The translations under genes were made by a program, and so were the position numbers. DNA of 64,000 bases, taken from contig NW_003526940.1 in NCBI RefSeq assembly GCF_000181795.1, forward strand, positions 1,716,571-1,780,570. The letters run 5' to 3'. Source of the stretch: Trichinella spiralis. Taxonomy: Eukaryota. Below the pieces are notes generated by a model. It did not search any database. It saw only the letters and a program-made list of their open reading frames with translations, and was not told the origin of the DNA. Below are positions 1-19,977 of the stretch, in pieces. How positions within the stretch are numbered: position 1 is the first letter of the stretch; the number at the start of each line of letters is the position of its first letter.

Positions 1-2184
1 TAAAACTGGAGGTGACCAATATCAAAAGTTGACAATATTTTCTTGCGTATAAAGAAACCTATTTATTTGCTTTTAATCAAAAAATTTTACTTTTATGCAG
101 TTAAATAATAGTGAATTAAATTGCAGATTAGTGTTTTATTTTGAATGAAGTACAATGAATGAAATATGTAATTAAATTTTATTTGAAGCACTTTAAAACC
201 CTCAATTCAAATGCAGCTTAAAATGTGCTCAAACGTACAAATCATAATTATATTTACCGGATCTGCACAATGGAAAAGGGAAGTAACAGGCTTTACATTT
301 TGAGGCGAATTTCCTTTTTCTTACAATTTTGTTCTTGCATATCAATTTAGTGCAAACATTTCATTCTTAACATATTCTGTTTTGTCAGCGTCAGCGTTAC
401 ATCCAGGAAATACATGCCTTCATTTATTACAATTAGCGTGTACTTTTGTGATCGACCCGAACATGGTCAAACCATATTTATTACGATTTTGAAATACTGT
501 ACCTTGTTTCATAAAATACTGTTTACGTTGATCAAAAATTGAACTGAATATACTCGTTAATGATTGAATTTCATAAAATGCATCATATACAGCAGTAGAT
601 AGTGTAGCATAGCAACTGCATTATAGCGAAGACAATTATGTGTAACTCTTATTAATGCACAGAAAATTTGTACGCGTTAATGTTATGGAAATAAAAGATG
701 ACGAAGAATAGTGTGTCAAAGTTGGAAATATAAGCATCATGAAAAGCTTTAAAATTTGTGCTTATATTTGATATTTTGAAACGGTTAAAAATTATGAAGA
801 ATGTGGTTGTGTAAACAACGATGTATGTGATTCAAATAAATCAAAAAAGTATTTAAATATGATTACTCAGTGCCATATAAAAGCCTGTACTTTTGATTTG
901 AAATTAATGATCATTAGTGCATAAAGCATTTGGAAGATTTTGTATATTATTTGAAAATCAAGATTGAATTTTAAATAAGCACCGGACATGTGCTTTTGAT
1001 ATCATTTTGAAATACTGTTACTTGTTTTTATTTAAAAAATAGAAAGTAAATAATAATAAGTTACATTTCTTTTGACCGAATTTTCAAATATTTTTGTATT
1101 TTTGTGCTGTTTGATTACTGTAAAGACTTTGAAATGTTTAGAATTTTCATAAGATGTGCTTTATTTTAATTGTTTTTATTTTAGTTGATTTAATTATTTG
1201 TTTTTCATTTTTAAAAAGTTTATTTTATCGTATTTTTAAAGCTTTAATTAATGATAAGTAAACGATTTTGGTCTCTACTTAGTTTATTTTTTAAAGAGTA
1301 TTGAGAATATTATTTTTAATGAAACATTTTTAACGAATTATTGTTTATTTTTACTTCTGTATTTATTTCTGCGAAATTATTTTTCACAGTAAATGACAAT
1401 GTATTGAATTACAGTAAGACTATAAGAAACATTTTTTACAATGTTTGTTTGTATGTTATGCTTGAAAATTTGCAATAGTTATTTTTAATTTGTATTTTTT
1501 TTAAATTTAACACAAACAAACAATATTTGAGAGTTAATATTGTTACTTTACAATGTAGGACGTTTTGAGTGATTTTCAAGTGTTATTTAACTACGTAAAA
1601 GTCGAATTCTGAAGTAAATCGGTGAATAGGAATCGTTTTTCTGTTAGTAACGTTTATTTTGATTAATTTCAATGTATTTTTCTTATTTTTTTATTCAAAG
1701 TTGCTGTTCTATCTCAGATTTAGTTGATGACTGATTTCATTTTTCAATGATATGCAATTTTAAGTGTTTTATTTTGAGTTCTGTTAACAGTTTCATAATT
1801 TGTTCACTGTCACTGAAATTATCGCGAATTTTATCAGACTACTCATCATTTTCATTTATTTTGTTAGTTTCACGCAGATAATTGTTGATGATGATGACAT
1901 GTTGCATGACGATGGTTTTTGTGAGAAATTTGTTATTTTGATTCTTTTGCATTGTAGTTTGTTCAGTTTTTAAAAATGTTTAACATTTTGTCGTCCATCG
2001 AGTGTTTTATTCGTTTAAATGTTTTGTTCAGTTATTTTATACTTTCATCTTATTTTTATCCTCCTACTGTATATCATTCGCGTTGATGTATTTTTTGAAT
2101 ATTTGTACTGAGTAATGCCGTTGAAGGTATTTTTATGTTGTGAATTTTGTTGAAAAGATGCATTTCAGTTATAAATTGAAGAGA

Positions 2185-5672
<3,488 letters not shown>

Positions 5673-6957
5673 TCAACGCTGTTGGTGTAGATAATAATAC
5701 ATCTATATATAATCTATATATATATATATGATGATATACGTAGCAGTATCTCTTCTGTTCGGATGCACGTTCATCGGCAGTTCTTTTTCCAGGGTTTCAA
5801 AAGCACATCCGCACTGTTGCACAATGACTAATACTTTATTTTTCATATATATATATTTTTCATTGCATTTTTTCTTTTTGTTTATGGTCATTATGTTGTA
5901 TTGAAGCAAGCGGTGAATCAATTGTTTCTTTTTTAATGTGAAATGAACAGCAGCGGCAGACAGCCACACTCTTTTTTGAAAACTTTCACATCAACAGTTA
6001 ATTAGTTATTTTTTACGGTTTAATTTAAATTTTTTGTTTTCCGTTAATATTTTTTTGTTGTTAAATGTGTGTTTTCATTGTGTTCATTTTTTCTCTTGTC
6101 TATCAAAGTCATTTCGTGTTGTCGAACAGGAGTAGAGAAATGAATTAAACTGGAATAAATAAATAAATATGTATATTAATTATCGCTTGTCAAAGAACAA
6201 TGAACAAAACAAAGAAAAACTGAATTGAATGATGGATGAGAAATTTTTGTTTGCTTTATTTCTTTAATTGCTTCATATATGATTAATGTCTTTCGAGCAA
6301 AATATTCCTGCGGTTGTTGTTTTTGTAAAGAGAGAGGGAGAGAGAGAGATAGTGAGAAAGTTCTCTGAGCAACAATGGATTATTGAATAATATTCAAATG
6401 AAGAAGAAAAGCAGTTTGCCCCTCGGCTTAAACAGCGCACAACTCGGAAAGCAAACAACGAACGAGCTGTTTGTACAAAACATGCAACAGGATAAATAAG
6501 AAGAACATATATTTTTAAAAAATAAAAAGAAAGTCATGTATGTCGAGATTAAAAAAACATTTACTTATTTATTCACTGTCAGTAGCAACTGAGTGAAAAC
6601 TGACTGACGACGGTGGGAACATTCTCAAGCACGTGTGTTGTTGACGTGCATTGGCGTGATGTGTTTGTTCAGCTAACACACAGATCGCTCGATGTAAGCT
6701 GGCTGGCTGGCTGACTGACTGTAGTGATTTTTGATCAGCTGCACTGAACACATTTACGCAAACAGCTAGCTGTTAGCTAGCTAAGCTAGCTGACTTAGAG
6801 AGAAAAAAGATAGAAAACGAAAAAAACAAAATAGAAAAACGGGATGGCAGCACCTGGAAAAGGGATAATATTTTAAAATGTATGACTGACTTCTGAGAGA
6901 TAAAGAAGGGGGGGGGGGAAGAAGAATTGTCTGTCTTCCGAATGGCGCCGAACCATT

Positions 6958-9594
<2,637 letters not shown>

Positions 9595-12481
9595 TTTACA
9601 ACAACGTTTCTACAAATTAACTGAACTCAATTAAAATCATACATAAAAATGCAATGCATCATCAACAACATCTTTTCAAAAAAATTTTGCCATCATACAG
9701 TCAAACAATGAACAAAATCATTTCTGTTCTACCTAATGATTGCACGCATGATATTCTTACTATGCTTCATATATATATAATTTTAAATTTTCATAATCAT
9801 TGTTTTTTTTTGCTTTACACATCTCTTGCTGCTATATTCCTTATGAAACCTTCAAAATCCCTACATATTAAAATGTCCGCCAAAAATTAACAAAATTTAA
9901 ATTTATACCTGAATATCATTTTATACATATATACAGTATCACAACCTTGAAACAACAACAATAGCTGTTTTCAACAGCTGTTCAGTTCGTATGTGAAAGT
10001 GTACATGCAATCAAGCAATGGTCACTTTAGTTTACAGTGCTCTCTGCGCATGACAAAGTTCATCAGCACAAAGCCTACGTTCAGTAAACAAAATAAAAAA
10101 AAATTCCTCAGTTTACAAACAAGCAAAAAAACTTTTCAAATCAAGCTTAAAATGTTATTATGAAAAGGTGAAAAAGCTGAAAAAATCACTCTTTACAACT
10201 GTCAACATATTTATATTAGAAAAGTATAATTAATATTTTTTATCGCAAAAAATTTTAATTTTTAATATTTTTAATTATTCAAACAGATTCTCTTGTAGGA
10301 AATGAATTGAAAACTTATTTTAAAAAATACATATTCTTTTAAATGTCTAAATAAATTAGTGGTAAATTTGACATCTCGGTCGTGCAAACTGTGTACAACA
10401 TGAAAAACGTGCGAGCAGATTTGTTTACAAATGGCAGTTTCGTGTTGAAAAGTTTACCAGGCATGTCATACGCATGACAAGTCGCATTTATTTTTCCATT
10501 CAAAAGAGGAAATCAACAAAACAAAATGCCACCGGTGCTGGGTTCACCAGAATCTCACTGTTGTCAAGACGCAAACATCTAAGCCTAAACCTAAGCACAC
10601 TACGTGCGTCATACGTTCGATGCAACATCCGCATGCAAAGCGCTTTGAACCAAATTAACACAACATAGAGAAGAGAGAATTATTCCATAAAGCCGCCGAA
10701 CCACCCGCTGTTGTGGTCAAATACGATAAACAACAACAAAATTAGCATTCATCAACAATGAATACAACCAACTGGAGATGTTTAATCAATGAAAGCACCA
10801 CTTACCAATGCGAACCTTTAACGAGCAGCTTATTGCAAATTTATATTTACACTTCAACGCTCAGCCGCCTCAGCGCGTTGTCAAATACCGGCGGTATGCA
10901 CAAAAATGCTTTACCTCTGTAACGGCTGATCTAAAGTATAAAATAGCAATCAACTGCATGCTCAGCTGGAAAAAAAGTTAACATGAAAATATTTTTAAAA
11001 AAACTTAAATATTGGAGTTTTAACTGTAATTACATAGCAATAATGACGGTTACATGCAATAAATAAAGTGAATGAGAACAATAATAAATCATAATAACAA
11101 CTGAAAAGCAACTTGTGTATAGTCGGCGCAAAAGTTGCCATAGTAATTAAAGAACAGTAGACGCTTTAGTGCTAGTGCGCCCACATTTCAACGTCTACAT
11201 CCGAAACGACCCTGAGGATGACTCATCGACCAAACGCGCCCACGCAACAACAAACAAATAATCCAGCTGATTGAATCAAAAACCAGAGATGAAAAAAATC
11301 GACGCGCGATTCATAAAACACGTCAAACGATACTAACTCATCAATGATTCAACATCATAATGACGGCGGGAGTTTATAAACTACACGCCAAAAAAATTCC
11401 ATTCAACAATTCTGAAATAATTTCAACCTCGAAAAACAAAATACTTTATACAATAACAATAATTCGAACCAAATCGAAACTACAGTAAGAATCATGCCAT
11501 TCCATGCATCACAGGCTGTTACTACAGTAAACGGTGAAAATGAATTGGAAAAACAACGCATATAACAAACAAAATGTTTTAAAATGCAGTAGAACTAGAT
11601 AATTGATTAAATAGTTATGCTGTAAAGTTTTTTGTATTCATACCCATGTGTTTTTCAAAATGGAGTTTCATCAAAAATGAGTAAATGTTTATTTAATATT
11701 TAGAAAATTAAATATTTTAAACATTAAAAAATATAAATAACTTCGTCTTTTTATCAAGTTTAGTGCATCATTTCAACGAAACTTTCCTTTTACAAGTTAT
11801 TTGATTTTCAGGTTTTTATAATTAAAAATTTATTCTCTTGTTAGAATAAAATATTAATATGCCTTTTTGAATACTTTTACACATGGGAAAACATTTTTCA
11901 TAAATAAATAACTTTATAAAAATGTCTAAAATAATTATTTTATGAAAATTCTTATTTTGCATATTATCATCTAAACTTTGCAAATTAGCAGCAATCACAT
12001 CAAAATAAATTTGCTAATTTCAATTTAAGTAACAGTACAAGTCAACTATAATGCGGTACGTATAGCATGTCATATTAAAACGTTCTTGTCATTTTGACGG
12101 TAAATGGTTACTTTGCGACTTTAATTGAGTTCATTTTAAGCAAACTATAATTATTTTTAATTTTATTCAAAAATTTTGTTCTAATATTTTTTGACCTGTA
12201 ACTTATCAATATAAAGCCATTTTTTGTTTCAATCGGAATAATGTTGCATTTTACTTTGTTTTTCATATGTTCATATTATCATTTCTTTTGTTAAAATTTA
12301 AATTTGAATGAATTTCATATTTTTCATAAATAGTTTCACTTTTACTATTTAATTTATTTTATTTTTATTATTTGTAGCACGCAACGTTGCGTTTTAACGC
12401 AGAATCTTTCCAATTGTGAAATTTCCACATTAATTTTATGGTAATTTTAATTAATAGTAGTGTTGTGATAGCAGGATTGAA

Positions 12482-14747
12482 ATGTCCAAGAAGTTCAAAA
12501 TTACTCGACCTCATGCGCAAGTTAAAATGCGTAAAGCGAATGAGACTGGAAAAGTTAGTACAAATTTGAAGTTTTTCTTGACGGCTCTCACTGCAATATG
12601 TTTTCGTTGGTCCACTGGATTTGGTACATATTCAGGTAAATTCAATGCAGTGATACTGTACGAATGAAATTCATTCAAATATATTTGAATGTTTCAACTT
12701 AAAATGTCTTTTACTGTTATTAATATTTTTATTTAGGTTTTAACAATCCTCCTATGTACGGTGATTTTGAAGCTCAAAGACATTGGATGGAAATTACTGT
12801 TAATTTACCATTGAAGGAATGGTATTTTCTGTTGTATTGGAAATTTCTTTTCTTGCATTAACATATTTTCATTAACAAGGTACATACATACCAATTCGAA
12901 TGATCTCATGTACTGGGGACTTGATTATCCACCTTTAACGGCATATCATAGTTTTTTATTTGGAAAATTGTAATTTCTTATTCTTTTTACTTTTTAAATT
13001 ATTTAATGAAATATTTTTTCAGAGCTCAATATTTTAATGCCTCTTGGGTAGAATTATATAAATCACGAGGTTCTGAAGGAACGGATCTGAAGTTGTTTAT
13101 GCGTTATACTGTTTTGATTTCGGATGTGTTAGTTTTCTTCACCAGTTGTTACGCTTATTCTAAAAGCTTGCCATTGCATGTGGTAAGTATGCTGATGTAA
13201 AAGTTTTTTTTTGTAATACTGATGTTCATAGCATCTGCTTTTTCTATTCATGCTAATCTATCCTGGTAACATTTTGATCGATCATGGACATTTCCAGTAA
13301 GACATTTTTTGATGAGATGCATTTTATTATTTTTAATTTTTGTTCAAGATTCAATTGTGTAAGTCTTGGTCTGTACATTTGGACCTGTACATTACTTCAC
13401 TGGAATTATGACATCGCCGCAGCAGTGTTTTTTGTCTTTTCATTGAGTTTTAAACAGATGGAACTCTATCATGCACCAGCCATATTTTGCTATTTGCTTG
13501 GAAAATGTTTATATTCTCCACGTAAAAAAGGGTAGGTGAAAATAGGTATTATTATATTTAAAAGGTACATTAACATTTGTTAATCAATATTAATAAAGTT
13601 GATTAAAAAAAACTTGTTGAATTTGTCTAATTTGATTAATATATTGATATTTGCAATATGTGATTTCAGATTGATTAAATTTTTCTCTCTTGCATTTGTC
13701 GTATGTTTTACATTTGGGCTTATATGGTATCCTTTTATTACTGATATTGAACAATTTCGAGCAGTGATAAGCAGAATTTTTCCTTTCAACCGTGGTCTTT
13801 ATGAAGTTTGTTTATTCTGTTGAATCACGTTCATACTATAGTACAGGAAATTATTTTTAGGATAAAGTAGCGAACATTTGGTGCAGTTTATCAGTGTTTT
13901 TTAAATGGAAAGAAATCGTGTCCATTCAAAATATGGTTTGCATCTGGTGCATATAGCAATAAACAACATTATATATTTATATGCATGCATAATTTTATAT
14001 TCGTTGTTTGATTACATTTCCAGTGCTGCCAGTACGCTGATTTCTATATTACCTGGCTGTATAACATTGCTGACGAATCCTACTACAGAGAATTTCAATC
14101 GATGTTCCTTCATATCGTCATTGTCATTTTTCCTTTTCTCCTATCACGTTCATGAAAAATCGATATTAATTCCTGCAGTGTATGAATTGCATGTTTTGCC
14201 TGTGACCATTTTACAGCAGTTTTTTTTATAGTTCGGCTCTGTTAAGTTTAAAATCTCCAACACTGACAGTCTTTACATTTTTGCTTACCTCTGCTATTAG
14301 GTATAATATTCAAATTAACCGATGATTATTGTATTATTCGTTTTTTTAGTTTATTTCCGCTTTGCGTTAAGGATGGATTGACGGTGGCATTTTTTTCATT
14401 GACATTTATGTTTTATTGCTTAATTGTGAACACTTTTGAGACATCATGTAAGTTTTAATTTAGTTTAATAATGCATTTTATTTATTATTTTGTAATTTGT
14501 TATTTTAGTGCGTAAGAATGAGTCAATTTTTGAATTTTTGTGGAAAATACTATTTCATGCTTCTTTTTGGGGAGGTATGATTTTGTGTTTCGCTTCGTTA
14601 TGTTTCGAACCTCCTGATAAATATCCGCATCTGTTTTCGTTGTTAATATCTGTTTATTGTTGCATGTTTTTCACATTTATATGGTTTTATTTGAACGTAG
14701 CTTTTGTATTTTCAAATTTACAAATGTTTAAAGTCAAGACAAATTGA
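12482..14747 (+). CDS. ALG6: Dolichyl-P-Glc:Man9GlcNAc2-PP-dolichol alpha-1,3-glucosyltransferase, multi-exon
   Basis: [39 protein letters not shown]...[63 protein letters not shown]; ends with dilysine-like KVKTN. Confidence 0.95.
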
Positions 14748-15978
14748 AGCAGGTCGACTGGTGCTGATATTTTATTGTTATCAGAAATATTGTTGTTAAT
14801 ACGGTTGAAAATAAAGATTGTTAATTGATCTCTATTTGTGGTGTGTGAGAAAAACGAATTGCGTCGTATGTATATATATTTATTCCAAACGTAACAAAGT
14901 TATTTAAGCTTAAAGGCTTAAATCGTCATGAAAACATGTGTTTTAATATTTTAAAAATGTACACGATTAAAAACAAAAACTAATTAAAAATTTATTGAAT
15001 AAAGTTAATTTTATTCTATTAATTTAACAATACAGTGGTTAATTTTTCTTTGTTAAGTGAATCAACAGTAATCAGTTTTCTTTTTTATCGGACAATTTCC
15101 ACAAAATAAAGTATAATTTACTTATAACACAAGTCTGCTACAAAGTGTAAAAAAAGCAGGAAATTATTCAATTTTTACAGCTGATTAGAATTTTGTTTGA
15201 ATTACTGATTTTGTTCATTTACTGCTTGTACAACTGTTCTGTTATTTATTTGTATCCTTGCAGAGAACAGCATTGATAAGTTTACACTTAGTGAACTTTG
15301 TGAATTATTTCTTCATTCATAGAATGATGATGAGAACACAACACTTTGCTAGATTACAAATCTGTTCGCTGTTTATGAATCGATGTACATAATGCTTTGC
15401 AACTTCTAAAAGTAATGAAAAAAGCATTATATTTGTTTACAGATTGAAGAATATCAAACCAATCAAAATCAAAAACTTTAAAAAATTAATGAAAAAATAT
15501 TACTGTTAAAACTGTTGTTGTTAACGCCATATAATAATTATAATTATTAAATAATATCATGTTTAAAAAATAATAGCAAGCGCCGGCAGTTCAGCGGAGA
15601 AAATAGCTCAATGCTGCGATGATGAAAGTAAAAAAACATTGCAGATTACAGGGCGGAAGCAGAAATCACAATTGACCAATCAAGTTGAGCATTGGAAGCG
15701 TGAATTCTTTAAGCACTTAGCTTTTTTCTAATAGCATTATTAAAATCAAGTTGATTTGGATTATCAATAGCAATGTTATTATTATTCTATTTTTTCATTT
15801 ATCGCTTTTATGCTAATTTGATATTACAAATTTGGCTTACAGAAGTACAGTAAGTAAAACACTTGATTATCTGTTAAAATATTAGCGGTACGTACTGTGT
15901 ATATTGTGACGCTAAATATTTCCTCATGTTTAACTACTTGGTAATATTTAACTAAATAAACAGTATAGTTTAAACTGA

Positions 15979-18593
15979 ATGGACTACAAAAGGTGTAAGA
16001 ATTTACATTTCGATTATGCGCCGTTTTTCAACTGTGTCAGCGTTACACAACTGGAATGTTCTTCGGTGCATGCGGACTTTCCTGAAATTGAAGAATCTAA
16101 AATTATCCCATCAGTGTCGAATTTACAAGGCACCGATGATTTAGCCATAAATTACAATCATTCTTATCCCAAAATTTACGTAAGTATGCGGGGTAAATTT
16201 ACATTTGTTTTATTTATTTTTTCAAAAAATAGGTTCCACAGCACAGACGATTTAACATTGTCAAGGGAATTTTCAAAAATATGAGCGAAAATAAGATTAT
16301 AGAAAGCGAATTTTCTCCATATGAGCGTAATATCGCAAAGCAGTTTTTCAAACTGTATTGCATTGCTAGAAACGGTTCAGACGTGAAAAATGGTAAACAG
16401 TTGTTGTTAATATTATAATATTATTGACTTGATTGATGGGGAGCACTGTTATGTGGTGGTTGCTCAGATTGTGGAGAATGTCGGAAAAGCCGTCCACGGA
16501 ACAATGCAGAACGGTTGATTTTGAATGAGCAGTGCGAAGATGGGAAAAAGTCGAATTTTCAAATTTGGTCTGAAATATACGCTCCAAAATTGCCGAAAGA
16601 ATTTATTGAAAATGAGCAGACTGCAGAAGCGTTACGAATTTGGCTGGATAAATGGAAGCAACGTTTAAAACAGCAACCGTGCATTCAATACTGTACTGGT
16701 AATAAACAGAAAAAGAGGAAAAGTAAATTGGCACATTTTTATATAAAAATGTAAATTAAAAAAAAAGCATAATTTCAAGTCATTTCAAGAGAGTGCATTT
16801 GATTGTTTCGACGAAGAGTGGATAGATGAGGAAATATCATCTGATGCAGCAATGTTCAATGCAGTGTTGCTGCATGGACCATGCGGAAGTGGCAAGACCA
16901 GCATTGTGCACGCAATGGCAACGTTGTGTGGATTTCAGGTATTTAAATGGATTAATTGTAAAATTGTTGAGAAAATGAAATTTAATTTCTGTCAAAAGGT
17001 TTACTGCTGGTGTATGAAATTTTACATGTTCAGGTTATTGAAATTAATACGAACTCACTTCGTACTCAACGCCTTCTTGAAGATGTATTACTTGAAGCAA
17101 CATTGAGCCATCGTGTGCAACTGAATTTTCAGTCAGAAAGTTAGTAAAGCATAATTCACTATATTTTTCATTGGAACATTTCAGAATTTCACAACCCGGC
17201 AATTACTGAAAACATGCCTGCAATGCGTGCATGGTGGAGAAAAGGAAAAGCATCAAATCAGTCAAGAAAGCGCAAATCAGATGACATTCGACATTTTTTT
17301 CAATATTCTCCTTTGTCAAATGAAAAAAAATCTTCAAACATTCAAAGTTGTTCAAAATATAAAAGCACTAATCAAGCTGTTACAGAAAAGGTACAATTTA
17401 AAGGAAATAATGAAGAGAACACCAAGTTTTGTCAAAGCAATACTGAATCGCATTGCAATTTATGCACAGTTATACTTATTGATGATGTAAGTGCATTTTT
17501 CTTTATTATTCATTGGAATATAGCGCAGTTCGATTTTAAATACTTTTATCATTTACGAATTTGACTTATTCAATCTTGATCTGGGAGGGAATTTCTTTGT
17601 TTGGATAAGTATGCCTGCTTTAATGTGATTGTAATTTGTTTGTTGTTCAGCTTTTTCTTCGATACTTTTTTTAGTTATTTAAATTTAATAAATACATTCA
17701 AGAGTATTATTGATAAATTGAAACCAGGAAAAAGTAGGCAGAGTGTGCGAAAATTGCTCGTTGAAGCAAGTGACAAATTTTAATTTAGGTCGACGTTTTG
17801 CCGGACAATCGGGAGAGAAATTTCCTACCATCTGTTCAGAAATTTATTCTCGAATCAAACATACCGATTATAATGACAGCAGAAAGTAATAGAATAAAAA
17901 AGTGAAAAAAAAATATTTTTTAAATTTATTTATTATAAATTGTTAGGTGAAGAAATTTTGTCATCTTTTCCTTCAGTTAATGTGAAAGAATTTTCATTAC
18001 GCCGGCCTTGCCTTGAGAAGCTTGTCTTCCACTTGAAGTTGATTATGTTGACCAATAATTTTCACATAGACGATGATGAATTGCTAAAATTTGCAGAATA
18101 TCACCAGAATGACTGGCGCAGATGTTTGATGAATTTGCATTTTTTGTATGAGCATCATGTGCCTGTTGATAATGTGCACACAGTCAATTCGAAAAAAGTT
18201 CGAGAAAACCGTTTCACAAAGCCGATCAGCATTGAAGAACGTTTGGAGAAGATTGAGCAGTTGATGATTTTTTCAGAAAATTATGAAAATGAGGAAAATT
18301 TCGATTTGCTCTTATTCAACGATACGGTCGATGTGGTTTGGAAAAATTGCAAACAATTGCAAGCCGTTTTGAAGCAGTGTCCATCGATTCTGTACTGCGC
18401 AACGATGACAGATATTACTGTAGATTATTTGACTTTCATGAGGCGAATGGCGATGTCCTGCGTTGACGTCAGTGGTCAGTTTGATTCGAGCTCGAGAAGG
18501 AGGCGAAAAACGTTACCCTACCTGCGACGAATAGGTATCGACAATCGAGAAGGAACATTACAATCGTTGTTGACTTCAAAAAGTTTGCTTTAA
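15979..18593 (+). CDS. ATAD5: ATAD5/ELG1-like RFC-family AAA+ ATPase (PCNA unloader), multi-exon; 5' end uncertain (likely extra exons about 15260-15700)
   Basis: IWSEIYAP, LRIWLDKWK, Walker A LLHGPCGSGKTS, GFQVIEIN, LLEATLSHRV, Walker B-like ILIDD|VDVL, PIIMT, NDWRRCLMNL. The EATxSH motif points to ELG1/ATAD5 rather than RFC1/CTF18/RAD17. Confidence 0.75.
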
Positions 18594-18897
18594 ATGCTTT
18601 TTGTTTTCTCTTTTATGATACTCTTATTTTTACGTTTTACGAGTGTTTCGAACGTGAAATTGTTTGATTTTGTGATTCGGACAACAAATTGTGGAAATTT
18701 TCAGTAAAAGAGATTCTATAATTAAAACTTTAAAATTATTATTATTATTAAATTTATTAATATTATTAAACATGAAACATATAAAATAGACCAGTTTGAA
18801 ATTGAAACAGTACATTGCAAAAAATGTTAAAAGTTGAAATAATTAATGTACAGTATATAAGAATGCAGGTAAGTTGAATAGATTGATGTTTTTCTTT

Positions 18898-19510
18898 TTA
18901 TGATTTGGGAGATGAAGGCAGTCGCTTCTTCGGTGGAACGTCACTTACAATTAAGTATGTTTGCACTTGGTTGGGCTGGAGTTGTAATTTTCCCGTGACT
19001 GTCGAAGGTTCCATGGTCTGTAGAGGTGCATCGTTGACAAGAATGCGCCATTGTTTTCTCAAAATGTCCTGCACATCGACTGGAAGACTTTTCAAATTTT
19101 TCAACTTCTCCTCTTCCTCCTCTTTCGATTTGTCCTAAGTAGAAAAGAAAAAATTAGCATAAAATTGTTAATTATTATTCATTGTGATAAATTTTTTTTT
19201 CTTTTCAACTCACTTCATAGTTCTCACATCCCAAGAATTTCGGTTCTCGACATAAAAGCACTTGAAGTGTGTCGTTGCGTTGAAGAAGAAATTTTCGAAT
19301 ATCATGTTCATTTTTGATGAGCGTGTTATTGATGCATAAAATTCTGTCTCCAACTTTGAAATAATTGTAAGATATAGAATCTGGCAAAACTGAACTGACA
19401 ATCACTTCGTTCTTGTATTCTACTTTCACTTTCAAGCCAAATTTGACATTGCGGTCGATGTTTTTCATGTCCAAATTAAAGATAACTTTCTCATATTCAT
19501 CGAAAAACAT
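18898..19510 (-). CDS. Small single-PDZ-domain protein (nematode-type, SMZ/MPZ-like), 2 coding exons (19510-19214, 19135-18898)
   Basis: KFGLKV...VIVSSVLPDSIS...FKVGDRILCINN is a PDZ pattern. Donor GTGAGT near 19213 and acceptor CTTAG at 19136. The tail carries LPVDVQDIL...IVSDVP. Confidence 0.7.
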
Positions 19511-19977
19511 TTTCTTCAGAATATCGAAAGAAAAAATTTTCTTAAAATTAAAATTTTAATCAATAAACATGACTGACTGATTGATGAAAATTAATAAAAA
19601 AATAATTAATTGACTTACTTGGTGCAAGAATTGTGCTGGTGTAATGAATGGTTAACAAAAATGCTTTGACAGTTTAAAAATGCTTTAAAAAGTGAATTTA
19701 AACTTAATTTGAGCAAAATTTAAACAATTAGCACTTTCAAATTTGTTGTTTTCAAACATTTTAAACTTCACCGCTATTTATTATTGATTGATTTTGAATA
19801 ATTTGTCAACATGAGACAGCAATTGTTATCAAAAATTTTACATTTTTATTTCACTTTTCACTACAAGTTCATCATCAAAAGCAATTGCATAAAAATTCTA
19901 CAAGCACTTTTTCGAATGTGAACATTTTTACACACGTGAATATTTCAAGATGAAGCTGACCGGACAAATTGGAAGTA

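Noticed and set aside
1..510. Exon-like minus-strand segments with a donor (~258) and acceptor (~59)
   Set aside because: Stops occur in all long frames and no product is recognisable. It may be the 5' end of a gene outside the window, but this cannot be supported.
6690..6795. (CTGG/CTGA)n and (AGCT)n self-complementary runs in the DYRK1 3' region
   Set aside because: Simple tetranucleotide microsatellites; the palindromy is intrinsic to the repeat unit.
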